Below, in pieces: positions 25,274 through 33,688 of a stretch of 40,534 bases of DNA; positions within the stretch are counted from its first letter, which is position 1, and each line of letters begins with the position of its first letter. This DNA is from a virus (Duplodnaviria > Caudoviricetes). Location of the stretch: positions 1 through 40,534 of the IMG/VR virus record IMGVR_UViG_3300016484_000752. One strand, 5' to 3'. A model generated the notes under the pieces. The model made no database searches. It was not told the origin of the DNA and saw only the letters and a list, made by a program, of their open reading frames with translations. A program made the position numbers and the translations under genes.

Positions 25274-25750
25274 TCAAGATTCTTGCAGAAGCCCCCGCAG
25301 CTTCTCTGCCACGGCCTCAAGCTCGGCACGGCCGACGATGTAGACGGCGCCTGAGTCGCACCCGTGTTCAATCAGCATTTCTGGCTGACCATCCCAAACG
25401 CGAAAATACGTCGTGCTGTGAGTCAGCCTTAGCTTAGTTCCTTTTGGATAGCTGGCGAGCGCACCCTCTCCAGGTGGGAAATCCGGCAGTGGCATCCAGT
25501 ATTTCGGCGTCATGTGGCCGTCAAGTTTTTCTTGACTCACGCTGTTTTGCGTGTAAGACCACCAGCCCTCCCATTCTTCCAGGCTATTCCATTCGCCAGT
25601 GTGTTGGCCTGACGTATGCCACTCTTCCGAGCTTCTGTACCACGCAATGTGCGCTATGAGAACGGTAGCAAATTCAAAACAAACCATAATATCGGTCCCA
25701 TCCTTTGGTGCCGTTTCAATTGGGTTCCACTCAGGTTTTTTGGTCATCAT
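25274..25750 (-). CDS. DUF551-like phage accessory protein
   Basis: WNPIETAPKDGT...PKYWMPLPDFP plus a C-terminal extension. Lower GC than the flanks. Confidence 0.75.
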   Translation of the reverse strand: MMTKKPEWNPIETAPKDGTDIMVCFEFATVLIAHIAWYRSSEEWHTSGQHTGEWNSLEEWEGWWSYTQNSVSQEKLDGHMTPKYWMPLPDFPPGEGALASYPKGTKLRLTHSTTYFRVWDGQPEMLIEHGCDSGAVYIVGRAELEAVAEKLRGLLQES

Positions 25751-25765
25751 GCTTTTCCCTGGAAT

Positions 25766-26122
25766 TCACTTCCCGTACATCGCCCACACGGGTTGCACGG
25801 CAGCGAATGCGCTGGGGTCGTTGTCAACGTGTCCCCAGCTTTCGCAATACAAGCGCCAGCCTTTTTCGTTGTCGCCATCGTGGTCAGGCTCTGGACCGTA
25901 GTCGGCATGATCAAGCCATCCTGCCGCGAAGTCGGCCGCCTGATCAAGCGTCATCGGGTATGGCAGATCGACGGCCTTCGTAGTCTGTCTCCAGTACAGC
26001 ACCAGCTTCGTCCCGTCTGTGCTGTATCCGCTGACTTTTCGACTGGGCGGATTGAATAAACAAAGCGCTTTCTTAAGCGTCTCTGTGCCTCGGCTGGTCA
26101 TGTCAAATTGAAAGTTGTCCAT
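25766..26122 (-). CDS. Hypothetical accessory protein (118 aa)
   Basis: AAGGA SD before ATG 26122 (MDNFQFDM...PDHDGDNEKGWR...WAMYGK). Lower GC. Confidence 0.75.
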   Translation of the reverse strand: MDNFQFDMTSRGTETLKKALCLFNPPSRKVSGYSTDGTKLVLYWRQTTKAVDLPYPMTLDQAADFAAGWLDHADYGPEPDHDGDNEKGWRLYCESWGHVDNDPSAFAAVQPVWAMYGK

Positions 26123-26162
26123 GTTTGTCCTTATTTGTAGCGGGGTTTGAAAATTGAACAAC

Positions 26163-26202
26163 ACGCCGGCAGTCGTCAATTGGGGTCGGTTGCTATAGTT
26201 TT
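26163..26202. repeat. ~40-bp direct repeat, copy 2
   Basis: ACGCCGGCAGTCGTCAATT-N7-GTTGCTATAGTTTT. Overlaps the stop codon of the ASCH-like gene. Confidence 0.85.
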
Positions 26203-26792
26203 TTGAACTGTATGACCCACACCCATGGGTTGAATTCCCAGGAGTCGGGGCCGTTGATGGATTCCCACAGCGCGCTGTATTCAGCTACTGGGCCTGAGAT
26301 GACATTTAGCCCGATGCACGACAACGTGCGATTCGCTTCATTCTTGTCAATGCCCTCAGCCAGCGCATCCTCCTCACTGATGTCCTGCAACCGCTCGACG
26401 CGCAAGCCAGTGACTTCGAGCGTGATGCGGCTGGCCCAGCGGGGCATGTGGATGCTTGGGCGCCAAAGCAGGCCGCCACGGTCTTCGCTGGCGGCGTAGT
26501 GGATGCGCATCTGGTCGCACTGGATGGCGCGCGGCGGCCTTCCGTCCTCGCCGTGTGGCGCTGCCCACGTTTCCCGCACCCATAGCCTGTCGCCGGGCTG
26601 GCCGTATGGGCTCGGAATCCAACAATCTCCGTCGTTTTCACTGTCGTACATCCACGGCCACTGCGTGCCATCGTCGCGTTCTTCGATCTGATACCACGGC
26701 TTGAACTTCACCACCCGCCGCGTCTGCGTCTTGGTGCCGGCCAAGATGGCGCGCACCATCGGCGCGCTGAAGAGGATGGGACGTTCTTTCAC
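26193..26792 (-). CDS. ASCH/PUA-like phage protein
   Basis: GTG start. KERPILFSAPMVRAILAGTKTQTRR, GDRLWVRETW, WRPSIHMPRWASRI, VERLQDISEEDA, NPWVWVIQF. Confidence 0.85.
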   Translation of the reverse strand: MKERPILFSAPMVRAILAGTKTQTRRVVKFKPWYQIEERDDGTQWPWMYDSENDGDCWIPSPYGQPGDRLWVRETWAAPHGEDGRPPRAIQCDQMRIHYAASEDRGGLLWRPSIHMPRWASRITLEVTGLRVERLQDISEEDALAEGIDKNEANRTLSCIGLNVISGPVAEYSALWESINGPDSWEFNPWVWVIQFKKL

Positions 26793-27049
26793 GTTGCAGC
26801 TCCGGGTTCGATCGCGCGGCTGATCACGCGCAGGTGGCCTTTGCCGCTCAAAAGGTTGCGGTAGGCGTTGATGGCGACGGCTTCGGCTTCGCGGGCGACG
26901 GCGGGGCCGGCGGCGAGGATCTGGCCGTCTTCGGTGACGATGGCCAGGCGGGCCGGGCGGCCGTCTGTGGTGGTGATGCGCAGGCCTTCGGTGGCGGTGG
27001 CGCTGATGCTGACGCCCTGTACGGCGCCGGTGGGCTGGGGGCCGATCAT
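26789..27049 (-). CDS. Hypothetical protein (86 aa), candidate recombination directionality factor
   Basis: GGAGGT SD, coupled to the next gene. The RDF role is positional inference only. Confidence 0.65.
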   Translation of the reverse strand: MIGPQPTGAVQGVSISATATEGLRITTTDGRPARLAIVTEDGQILAAGPAVAREAEAVAINAYRNLLSGKGHLRVISRAIEPGAAT

Positions 27050-27066
27050 GGTGGGGTGACCTCCGG

Positions 27067-27531
27067 TCAGTTGTCGCCGGCCAGCCCGGCAAGTGTGAAG
27101 TCGCCGAGAAGGATGATGATGTGTTCAGGGTCCGGGCCGTCGCAGGCGCCGTCGAATTGGACGGCTTCTCCGCTGGCGATCAGGTAGTTCACGCAGTCGC
27201 TCAGGTGCTGGTCTGCTGTCAGGGCGTCGCGGGTGATCGTGTATTCGTCCGGGACGCCGGTGCTGACGCCATCAGACTCGATCAGTTCGTGCGCGGCCAG
27301 GGATGCGATGCGGTGGGCCAGTTCTGTGCGTGTGGGGTTGTCTGCCTGGCGGGTGCGCAGTTCCTGCCAGTAGGGGATCAGGTCAGCGGCAATCGTCGGG
27401 TGTTGGAGCGTCCAGACGATGAGCTGGTTGATGTGCAGCGGCAGATCGCCTCTTGATATGCCGATGCTGGAGCCGAGGGCTGTTCGGGCCCTGTAGACGG
27501 CTTCCACGGTCTGCTGGGTGTTGGCGCTCAT
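27067..27531 (-). CDS. Hypothetical protein (154 aa)
   Basis: ATGA overlap with the ParB-like gene. Part of the leftward operon. Confidence 0.7.
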   Translation of the reverse strand: MSANTQQTVEAVYRARTALGSSIGISRGDLPLHINQLIVWTLQHPTIAADLIPYWQELRTRQADNPTRTELAHRIASLAAHELIESDGVSTGVPDEYTITRDALTADQHLSDCVNYLIASGEAVQFDGACDGPDPEHIIILLGDFTLAGLAGDN

Positions 27532-29672
27532 CCCGCACCGCCTTCCCGCTTCTGCGGGTGCGGCACCAGGTCGAGCTCGGTGGTGTGGAAGACTTGCTCA
27601 TTGATGGTGTGGTCGCCTTTGGTCTTTGACCAGATGCTGACCAGCCAGGCTTCGGGTCCGGCTTTGTTGACGATGTTGCCCTGCCGTCCGGACCATTTGG
27701 TGGCTTTGGCTTTGGGGGTGACGGTGCTGTTGATCTTGACGACGGAGCCGACCCCGAGCTGTGTGCTGCCCGGGCCTGCAGCGGGTGCGGGCTGGGGGGT
27801 GGCACCGGTAGGCTGGTCGGTGGCCGGCGATGCGCCGCAGGACGCATCGCCTTCGTCCAGGCCTTGCATCGCGGCAGCGATGCCTTGAGCTGCCTCCTGG
27901 GCGGTGGTTTTGGGCTTGGGTTTGGGCGCAGCCTTGGGCGGCTTGGCCGGGGTGTTTTTGGTTTTGGGCTTTGCCCCGTCCGCATCACCGCCGGCCGGCG
28001 CAGCAGGGGTCGGGGGTGTAGGGGGCGTTTGCGCTTGGGCCTGGGCTTCGGTTTTGGCCTGGTCGAGGCTTTGGGCGCGGATTTCTTCGGCGTTGACGCC
28101 GTGCTCGCGGGCGATTTTGGAGAGGAATTCGGCGTTTGCGTCGTTCTGTGCGTCCAGATATGAAAGGGTCGCATGCTCCACGAGCAGCAGCAAAGCCAGT
28201 GCTTCGTCGGGGTCGGCTTCGTCCTGGATCCAGTTGCGGATGCCGGCACTGGTGGCCACGTTGCCGAGGTTGGCGATTTGCGCAATCAGTGCTTCTTCAG
28301 CCGGGGCGATGTAGAACTCAAGGATCATGAGCGCCAGTTGGCGCATGGCGACTTCGGGCAGGATGTAGCCGGTTTTGGAGCGCTCGCGCTCACGCTGGAT
28401 GGCCAGCCATGTTTGCTGCAGGGTGCTGAGGCGCCAGCGGGTTTCGTGCTCGGCCATGGCCTGGGCTGCGGCCTGGGCCTGGCGGTCGGCGGCGGTGGCT
28501 TGGGCGTGGGTGGGACCGGTGCCGGTGGTGCCGGCGCCTTTGGGTGGGTCGGGCAGGTGGCCGGCTTTGCGCAGCAGGTGGTCTGCGGCCTGGGTGGGCA
28601 GGACGGCGATGAGGGTGCCGGGGTTGTGGGGGTCTGCAATGTAGGTGGGGGTGCCGGCTTTGGCGATGGCGGCGTCACCCAGCAGGAAGCGCAGGGGTGG
28701 CTGGCCTTTGGGGGTGTCGCGGGCGTCGTCCAGGCGGCGGTAGCCGGGGATGGCTTTGGGGTCGGGCCGGGGCATGAGCAGCCGGGCGTCGTCGCCGTCG
28801 ATGATGGTGGCGCCTTGGGCCAGCACGGCGGCGTGCTGGCGCTGGACGTGGGCGGCGAGTTTGGCCTGGTGGCAGGGTGGGTCGGTGCAGAGGTCTGTGG
28901 CGGAGACGTCGGCGAAGAGGTCGCGGTCGGCGCCGGTGCGTTTGGGGCAGGTGCTGCAGGGCCCGGCGGCGGGGAGCAGGGTGGCATCGCTGGTGGGGAA
29001 GCACGCGTTTTCGAGCCGCAGCATGTAGTGCTGCTGGATGTGGGCGCTGGCGTCGCGGGCGCTGTAGTCGTGTTGCACCAGCTCGGCCGTGGCTTTGGCC
29101 TGCAGGGCGGTGTCGGGGATGCGGGCGAGCAGCAGGGCGCGGCTGAAGTCGATGGCGCCTTCGCGCAGGGCGGTGCGGCCTTCGTGCCCGAGCGCGAGGA
29201 GTTTGAGGCGGGCGTAGACGTAGCTGCGGCTTTTGCCGATGCGGGCGGCCAGTTCTTCGGCGCGCTGGCCGGTGGCTTGCAGGAGGTGTTCGTAGCCTTC
29301 GGCTTCGTCCAGCGGGGGCACGTCTTCGCGCTGGAGGTTTTCGATGATCTGGACTTCGAGCGCTTCGGCGTCGGTCATGTCGGTGCAGATGGCGGGGATG
29401 TCGGCCATCTTGGCGAGCTGGCTGGCGCGCAGGCGCCGTTCGCCGGTGATCAGCTCCCACGTGGGCAGCGGCTGGCCGGGAAGGCGCTGTTCAAAGGTGT
29501 CTTGCAGCCGCGCGGGCGGGATGGGGCGCACCAGTACGGGCTGGTGCACGCCGCTGGTGAGGATGCTGGCCGCGAGCTCTTCCAGGCCGGGCAGGCTGAA
29601 GTGTTTGCGCGGGTTGGTGAGGCTGGGGGTGATGGCCGCCAGCGGGAGCAGGGTGTAGGTGGGGGTAGTCAT
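27528..29672 (-). CDS. ParB/RepB/Spo0J-domain protein (714 aa)
   Basis: NPRKHF, GVHQPVLVRP, ITGERRLRA, IENLQREDV, HTH AEELAARIGKSRSYV, Cys cluster CSTCPKRTG...CTDPPC. Start moved to ATG 29672. Confidence 0.88.
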   Translation of the reverse strand: MTTPTYTLLPLAAITPSLTNPRKHFSLPGLEELAASILTSGVHQPVLVRPIPPARLQDTFEQRLPGQPLPTWELITGERRLRASQLAKMADIPAICTDMTDAEALEVQIIENLQREDVPPLDEAEGYEHLLQATGQRAEELAARIGKSRSYVYARLKLLALGHEGRTALREGAIDFSRALLLARIPDTALQAKATAELVQHDYSARDASAHIQQHYMLRLENACFPTSDATLLPAAGPCSTCPKRTGADRDLFADVSATDLCTDPPCHQAKLAAHVQRQHAAVLAQGATIIDGDDARLLMPRPDPKAIPGYRRLDDARDTPKGQPPLRFLLGDAAIAKAGTPTYIADPHNPGTLIAVLPTQAADHLLRKAGHLPDPPKGAGTTGTGPTHAQATAADRQAQAAAQAMAEHETRWRLSTLQQTWLAIQRERERSKTGYILPEVAMRQLALMILEFYIAPAEEALIAQIANLGNVATSAGIRNWIQDEADPDEALALLLLVEHATLSYLDAQNDANAEFLSKIAREHGVNAEEIRAQSLDQAKTEAQAQAQTPPTPPTPAAPAGGDADGAKPKTKNTPAKPPKAAPKPKPKTTAQEAAQGIAAAMQGLDEGDASCGASPATDQPTGATPQPAPAAGPGSTQLGVGSVVKINSTVTPKAKATKWSGRQGNIVNKAGPEAWLVSIWSKTKGDHTINEQVFHTTELDLVPHPQKREGGAG

Positions 29673-30295
29673 GGGGCGGCGTGGTGGTGGGGGGTGTGGT
29701 GGTGGCTGGGATGGCCGCGGCGTGCGTTGGGCAGGGTGCCGGTGTGGCGCAGCAGCTGGGCGAAGGGGTTGGCGGCGTTGGCGGCCATGGTGCGCAGGTG
29801 GCGCACGGTGGATTTGCTGCAGCCGATGCGGGCTGCGGCTTTGCCCAGGCTGTCGGTGCTGGTTATGGCGTCGTGCCGCTGCTCGGGGGTGAGGGCGCAA
29901 GGGCGCTGCCGGCTGGCGCGGGTGATGGCGGCGTTGCGGCGCAGCCGATCGCCCGGGGTGATGGCTTTGGCCAGCGCCGCGGCGTGTTGTGACTTGGTGC
30001 GCCGCACGATATGGTCAGGCGCGATGCACTGCGGGTGGCCGCAGGTGGTGGCGTAGACGCTGTCCACGCGGCCGGGCTTTTTGGCCTGCTTGCGCGTGAC
30101 GGGGCAGCCCTGCAGCCATTTGATGAGGCGGCGCACGGACCACATGGTGCGCACGGGTGAGATGGGGTTGGTGACGCACACTTCGGGGCGGCCACTGTGG
30201 TTGTCGCGGTAGCCCTGCCAGAGCAGGCAGTCACCGTCTTCAACGGTGTTGGCCAGCAGGCTTTCTACGGTGTGGATGGTGGGTGGCTTGGACAT
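29669..30295 (-). CDS. Degenerate HNH-like domain plus C-terminal HTH
   Basis: DGDCLLWQG...CGHPQCIAPDHI and SLGKAAARIGCSKSTVRHLR. Confidence 0.7.
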   Translation of the reverse strand: MSKPPTIHTVESLLANTVEDGDCLLWQGYRDNHSGRPEVCVTNPISPVRTMWSVRRLIKWLQGCPVTRKQAKKPGRVDSVYATTCGHPQCIAPDHIVRRTKSQHAAALAKAITPGDRLRRNAAITRASRQRPCALTPEQRHDAITSTDSLGKAAARIGCSKSTVRHLRTMAANAANPFAQLLRHTGTLPNARRGHPSHHHTPHHHAAP

Positions 30296-30307
30296 GGGGT
30301 GATGTGG

Positions 30308-31045
30308 TCAGGCGGTGGCCGCCGTCATGGCGGCCATATGGCGGCGGGTGATGGCCAGCAACTCGGCCAGGGTGGCGGCCTGGCGCTGGCATTGCTCGAT
30401 CTGCGCGGCGAGGTCGGCCAGGCTGGGGCCGGCGGTGGCGCCGGCAGGTGGCGGGGCGTTGTATTCTGGCAGGGCGACGCCGACCAGGATGCCGTTGGCG
30501 TCTTGCACGTACTTGAGCTGGCCGGCGCTGATGGCGCGGCCGAAGTAGTTGCACCAGTTGGAGCGGGGCGCGTCGTACCCGGCGATGATTTCGGCGCGGT
30601 GGATGATGGCTGTGGTGGGGTCGCCCATGCCCTGCAGCCGCAGGCGGATGCGCGCGGCGATGCTGCCCGGGCGGGCGTGGTAGCCGTCAGGGCGGAAGCC
30701 TTTGCCAAGGTAGGTCTTATGGCCGGTGCCATAGGCTTCGCTGGCGGTGCCGGCGGTGGCGCTGCCTGTTTTGGGCGCCTGGTTGGGCGCCGGGGGTGGG
30801 GCGGTGGCCGGTGTTGGGGGCGGCTCTTTTGCTACCGGTTTGATAGCTTTCGATGACCGGCTGGCGCTGGGTTTGGCCTGTTTTTGAACCAAAACCGGCA
30901 CGGGGCGCAGGATGGCCGGGGCGCTGGCCGGTGGCGGGGCCTCGGGTGGGATGGGGTTGCCGTCCAGGTCGGTGACGCGGCCGTCGCGGTAGGTGAGGCG
31001 GTTGCCGTGGCGGCTGGGGATTTCGAGGGCGTTGCGGGCGGTCAT
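30308..31045 (-). CDS. Hypothetical protein with Pro-rich linker and C-terminal coiled coil
   Basis: GAGGT SD, start MTARNALEIPSRHG, ATGA overlap. Confidence 0.65.
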   Translation of the reverse strand: MTARNALEIPSRHGNRLTYRDGRVTDLDGNPIPPEAPPPASAPAILRPVPVLVQKQAKPSASRSSKAIKPVAKEPPPTPATAPPPAPNQAPKTGSATAGTASEAYGTGHKTYLGKGFRPDGYHARPGSIAARIRLRLQGMGDPTTAIIHRAEIIAGYDAPRSNWCNYFGRAISAGQLKYVQDANGILVGVALPEYNAPPPAGATAGPSLADLAAQIEQCQRQAATLAELLAITRRHMAAMTAATA

Positions 31046-31236
31046 GGTGTGGCGACCTCGGCTGCGGGCATGGAAAGGACGGCGCGGGCGCAGTTGCGCA
31101 CTTCGGCCGTGACGGCCCAGCCGAGGTCCTCTGGGTCGAGCATGCGGCGCAGCAGCGCAAGCGCGGCTTGGTTGCGGCAGGCTTCGACGGTTTGGGCGGG
31201 CTGCGCGACGGGTGGGTGTGTGTGGGTGGTGGCCAT
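31042..31236 (-). CDS. Hypothetical protein (64 aa)
   Basis: MATTHTHPP...LLRRMLDPEDLGWAVTAEVR. Tight operon packing. Confidence 0.65.
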   Translation of the reverse strand: MATTHTHPPVAQPAQTVEACRNQAALALLRRMLDPEDLGWAVTAEVRNCARAVLSMPAAEVATP

Positions 31237-31241
31237 GGGTA

Positions 31242-31658
31242 TCAGTGGCTGTGATGGAGCTCGGTGTGGCTGGTGGCCAGGTGGCGCGCGGGGGTGTATT
31301 CGGGGCGGTCGATGTGGCGCAGCGGGGCGAGTGCACACGCAAGGACCACGGCATGCACTTCGGGAGATGGGCCCTGCCCGGCGGTGACGAAGGTGCGCAG
31401 GCGCGTGGCCTTGATGTTCAGCGGGGTGCCGGGCGTGAGGTCGGCCCGGTGGGCTTGCCAGAAGGCTTCGGCCTCGGGGCCGTCCCAGCGCAGTAGCCAG
31501 GGTTCAAGCCTGTGGGCACTGATGCGGTCGTGCGCAAACATCAGCAGGTAGAACGTGCCATCGGCCAGGTGGCTGGCCGTGGCGCCGCGCTTGCCCAGGA
31601 AGAGCATGCCGGTGGCGGCCATGGCGGTGGGGGCGGTGTCGTGCAGGTTGTAGGGCAT
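31242..31658 (-). CDS. Hypothetical protein (138 aa)
   Basis: GAGG SD, tight operon packing, globular-looking composition. Confidence 0.65.
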   Translation of the reverse strand: MPYNLHDTAPTAMAATGMLFLGKRGATASHLADGTFYLLMFAHDRISAHRLEPWLLRWDGPEAEAFWQAHRADLTPGTPLNIKATRLRTFVTAGQGPSPEVHAVVLACALAPLRHIDRPEYTPARHLATSHTELHHSH

Positions 31659-31676
31659 GGCGGGCCTCGGGTGTGA

Positions 31677-32051
31677 TCAGTGGAGGAAGCGGCCGACCGC
31701 CCAGCCGGCGGCGGTGAAGATGGCGGCGGCACCCAGGGCGCAGACCACGCCGGCGCGGGCCCAGGCCTTGATTTCGTCCACCCATTCCCACGGCGGGGGT
31801 ATCACGGGCGCGTCATCCGGGTGGGCGTGTGCACAGGTGCCGTCTGTGTTGGCCTGGTCAAGCGCGGGCGCCGGCCGGTGGCACCCGGCGCACGGCGTGG
31901 CGCTGTGCTGGCACACGCCCAGCTCGGCACAGGTGTACACACGGCGGGTGGGCAGGGCGAGCGATGCGGGCGTGATGGCCGGGCAGGTGCAGGGTTGGCG
32001 GCCCTGCTGGCTGGTGTAGCAGTCGGGGTGGCTGGGGGGGTGGGTGGTCAT
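31677..32051 (-). CDS. Cys-rich protein with a C-terminal TM helix
   Basis: CYTSQQGRQPCTC, CAELGVCQ...CAGC, hydrophobic C-terminus. Confidence 0.6.
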   Translation of the reverse strand: MTTHPPSHPDCYTSQQGRQPCTCPAITPASLALPTRRVYTCAELGVCQHSATPCAGCHRPAPALDQANTDGTCAHAHPDDAPVIPPPWEWVDEIKAWARAGVVCALGAAAIFTAAGWAVGRFLH

Positions 32052-32063
32052 GGCGTTGCCCCC

Positions 32064-32285
32064 TCACGCTTTGCTGTAGGCGCCGGTGTGGCGCGTGGGC
32101 TTGTCCAGCACCAGCCCGCTGTTGCGCGGGGAGAGCGCGGTGCGGGTGACGCCGGTTGCTGCGGCCCCGATGCGGCCTGCTTTGACGTCGGCTTTGTGCT
32201 GGTGGTACTGCGCCACTGCGGCAAAGGCGTTGCAGGCGCTGCGCGGGGTGCCGTCTGGCCAGGTGTTGGGGTTGGTGTGGGCCAT
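32064..32285 (-). CDS. Hypothetical protein (73 aa)
   Basis: Starts MAHTNPNTWPDGTPRS, 1 nt after the upstream stop. Confidence 0.55.
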   Translation of the reverse strand: MAHTNPNTWPDGTPRSACNAFAAVAQYHQHKADVKAGRIGAAATGVTRTALSPRNSGLVLDKPTRHTGAYSKA

Positions 32286-32286
32286 G

Positions 32287-32562
32287 TCACACCCCCTGCG
32301 CAATGACGGTGCGGGCCGGGCCGCGGCGGGCGGTGCACACCAGGGCGCCGTCAGGCGTCCAGCCATGGGCCACGCCGGGGCCGTGGAGCTTGACGCACAG
32401 CTGGGCGGCGGCGCGCTCTTTGCGGGCCTCGGCCTGGGCTTGTTTCTGCGCGTCGGCGGTGGTGGCGCTGACCACCGTTTCAGCGTCGAGGTGGAAGGAC
32501 AGAGAGACCAGGAGGGCGAGGCAGCCGGCCAGGGCCCAGTTCAGGGCGGTGTGGCGGGTCAT
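32287..32562 (-). CDS. Small protein with N-terminal TM/signal segment
   Basis: LNWALAGCLALLVSLSF and a Cys pair. ATGA overlap. Confidence 0.65.
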   Translation of the reverse strand: MTRHTALNWALAGCLALLVSLSFHLDAETVVSATTADAQKQAQAEARKERAAAQLCVKLHGPGVAHGWTPDGALVCTARRGPARTVIAQGV

Positions 32563-32930
32563 GCTGCGGCCTTGCTGGTGCCGTTGGCCAGCAGCGTGCG
32601 GGCCGGGTTGGTTTCGATGTCGTGGGCGGCATCGAGCAGGGCGCGGGCCAGTTCGCGCAGCTTGTCGGCGCCCAGGGCGGCAGTCACTTTGGCGGAGGTG
32701 GCGATGCCGATCTTGATGGTGACTTCCGCTTCGTCGTATTCGGCGTCACGGTAAACCGAGACTTCAGCGTGCCCGTCGACATGGCATCGCGGGTTATTCG
32801 TTTGTGGAAGCGGGAACAGGGCTGGTCTTCCAGTCTTCGGCTCTCCAAATCGCCGCTGGTAGGAGTACTGCCCTTCGCTCACGTGGGCCGGGCGGTAGGT
32901 GTGCGTGAAGGTTCTGGGGTTGGTTGACAT
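32559..32930 (-). CDS. Hypothetical protein, first gene of the leftward early operon
   Basis: GGAGG SD before ATG 32930, just downstream of the PL-like promoter. Confidence 0.7.
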   Translation of the reverse strand: MSTNPRTFTHTYRPAHVSEGQYSYQRRFGEPKTGRPALFPLPQTNNPRCHVDGHAEVSVYRDAEYDEAEVTIKIGIATSAKVTAALGADKLRELARALLDAAHDIETNPARTLLANGTSKAAA

Positions 32931-32957
32931 TTCAGCCTCCGGGGTTGGGATGGCTGG

Positions 32958-33000
32958 ATTATTGGGCAATGCCTAATAACGTGTCAAGGCAATGCCTAAT
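32958..33000 (-). promoter_or_regulatory. PL-like promoter with two repressor operators
   Basis: TTGACA-18-AATAAT on the minus strand. Palindromes ATTGGGCAATGCCTAAT (32961-32977) and AGGCAATGCCT (32987-32997). Confidence 0.85.
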
Positions 33001-33008
33001 TGAGGACG

Positions 33009-33034
33009 AAAAAAAACCGCCGGGCATGGCGGTT
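33009..33034 (-). terminator. Terminator of the repressor (immunity) operon
   Basis: AACCGCC/GGCGGTT stem followed by a run of 8 T on the minus strand. Confidence 0.8.
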
Positions 33035-33055
33035 GGGTGATGATTCAAGGGGCGA

Positions 33056-33688
33056 TCAGTTGATTGGCGCCGTGGCAAGTGATGAAGCCCAGACGTCCTC
33101 GTGAACCAGAAGGATGGGGACCCCGTTTTCTCGGTAGTGCAATGCCTTGGCAATCTTGGTGCCGAAGCTGCCGTGTTTCCATTCCGGGCTGCCGAGTCCG
33201 CCCACTACCAGGTAGTTGAGCTTTTTGGTGATGTTGTCGAACACGTCGCCGCCTCTGAGCTGGATGGCCTGCGTGCAGACGTCGCGGGGGCCAAACACGA
33301 AATCTCCGGTGAGGCAGAAGCGCCGGCCGGCGAAGTCGATGGACTGTATGTCGTCAATGGCCAGTGCGCAGACGTGGGTTGATTCGGCCAGCTCGGTCAG
33401 TGTCCCGCCCACAATTTGCTGCAGCACGCTGCTGAGGTGTGCCCGCTCGCGCTCGGTGATGGCGCCGTCGGAGATGATGGCCTGGATCTGTGGCAGCAGG
33501 GCGTTCCCTGGGAATGTGTCGGCAGCGGCTTCGTTGCGGGTCAGCCAGTCGCGCAGGAAGATGATCTCGCGGTCGTTGAGGTGGCCGTCGGCCAGCATGC
33601 CCTGGATGATGCCGATCAGCGCGCCGCAGGAGCGACGTAGGTCGTTGTTGAAGGCGATGGCGGCTTGCTGGTAGATGTTTTGCATCAT
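33056..33688 (-). CDS. BRCT-domain protein with TerB-like helical N-terminus
   Basis: GMLADGHLNDREI and IISDGAITERE repeats. BRCT motifs FCLTGDF...RGG...ITKKLNYLVVG...GTKIAKA...VHEDVW. Confidence 0.82.
   Translation of the reverse strand: MMQNIYQQAAIAFNNDLRRSCGALIGIIQGMLADGHLNDREIIFLRDWLTRNEAAADTFPGNALLPQIQAIISDGAITERERAHLSSVLQQIVGGTLTELAESTHVCALAIDDIQSIDFAGRRFCLTGDFVFGPRDVCTQAIQLRGGDVFDNITKKLNYLVVGGLGSPEWKHGSFGTKIAKALHYRENGVPILLVHEDVWASSLATAPIN

Noticed and set aside
25232-26202. Direct repeats as integron attC sites
   Set aside because: No RYYYAAC...GTTRRRY pairing with a long internal palindrome, and no tyrosine integron integrase.
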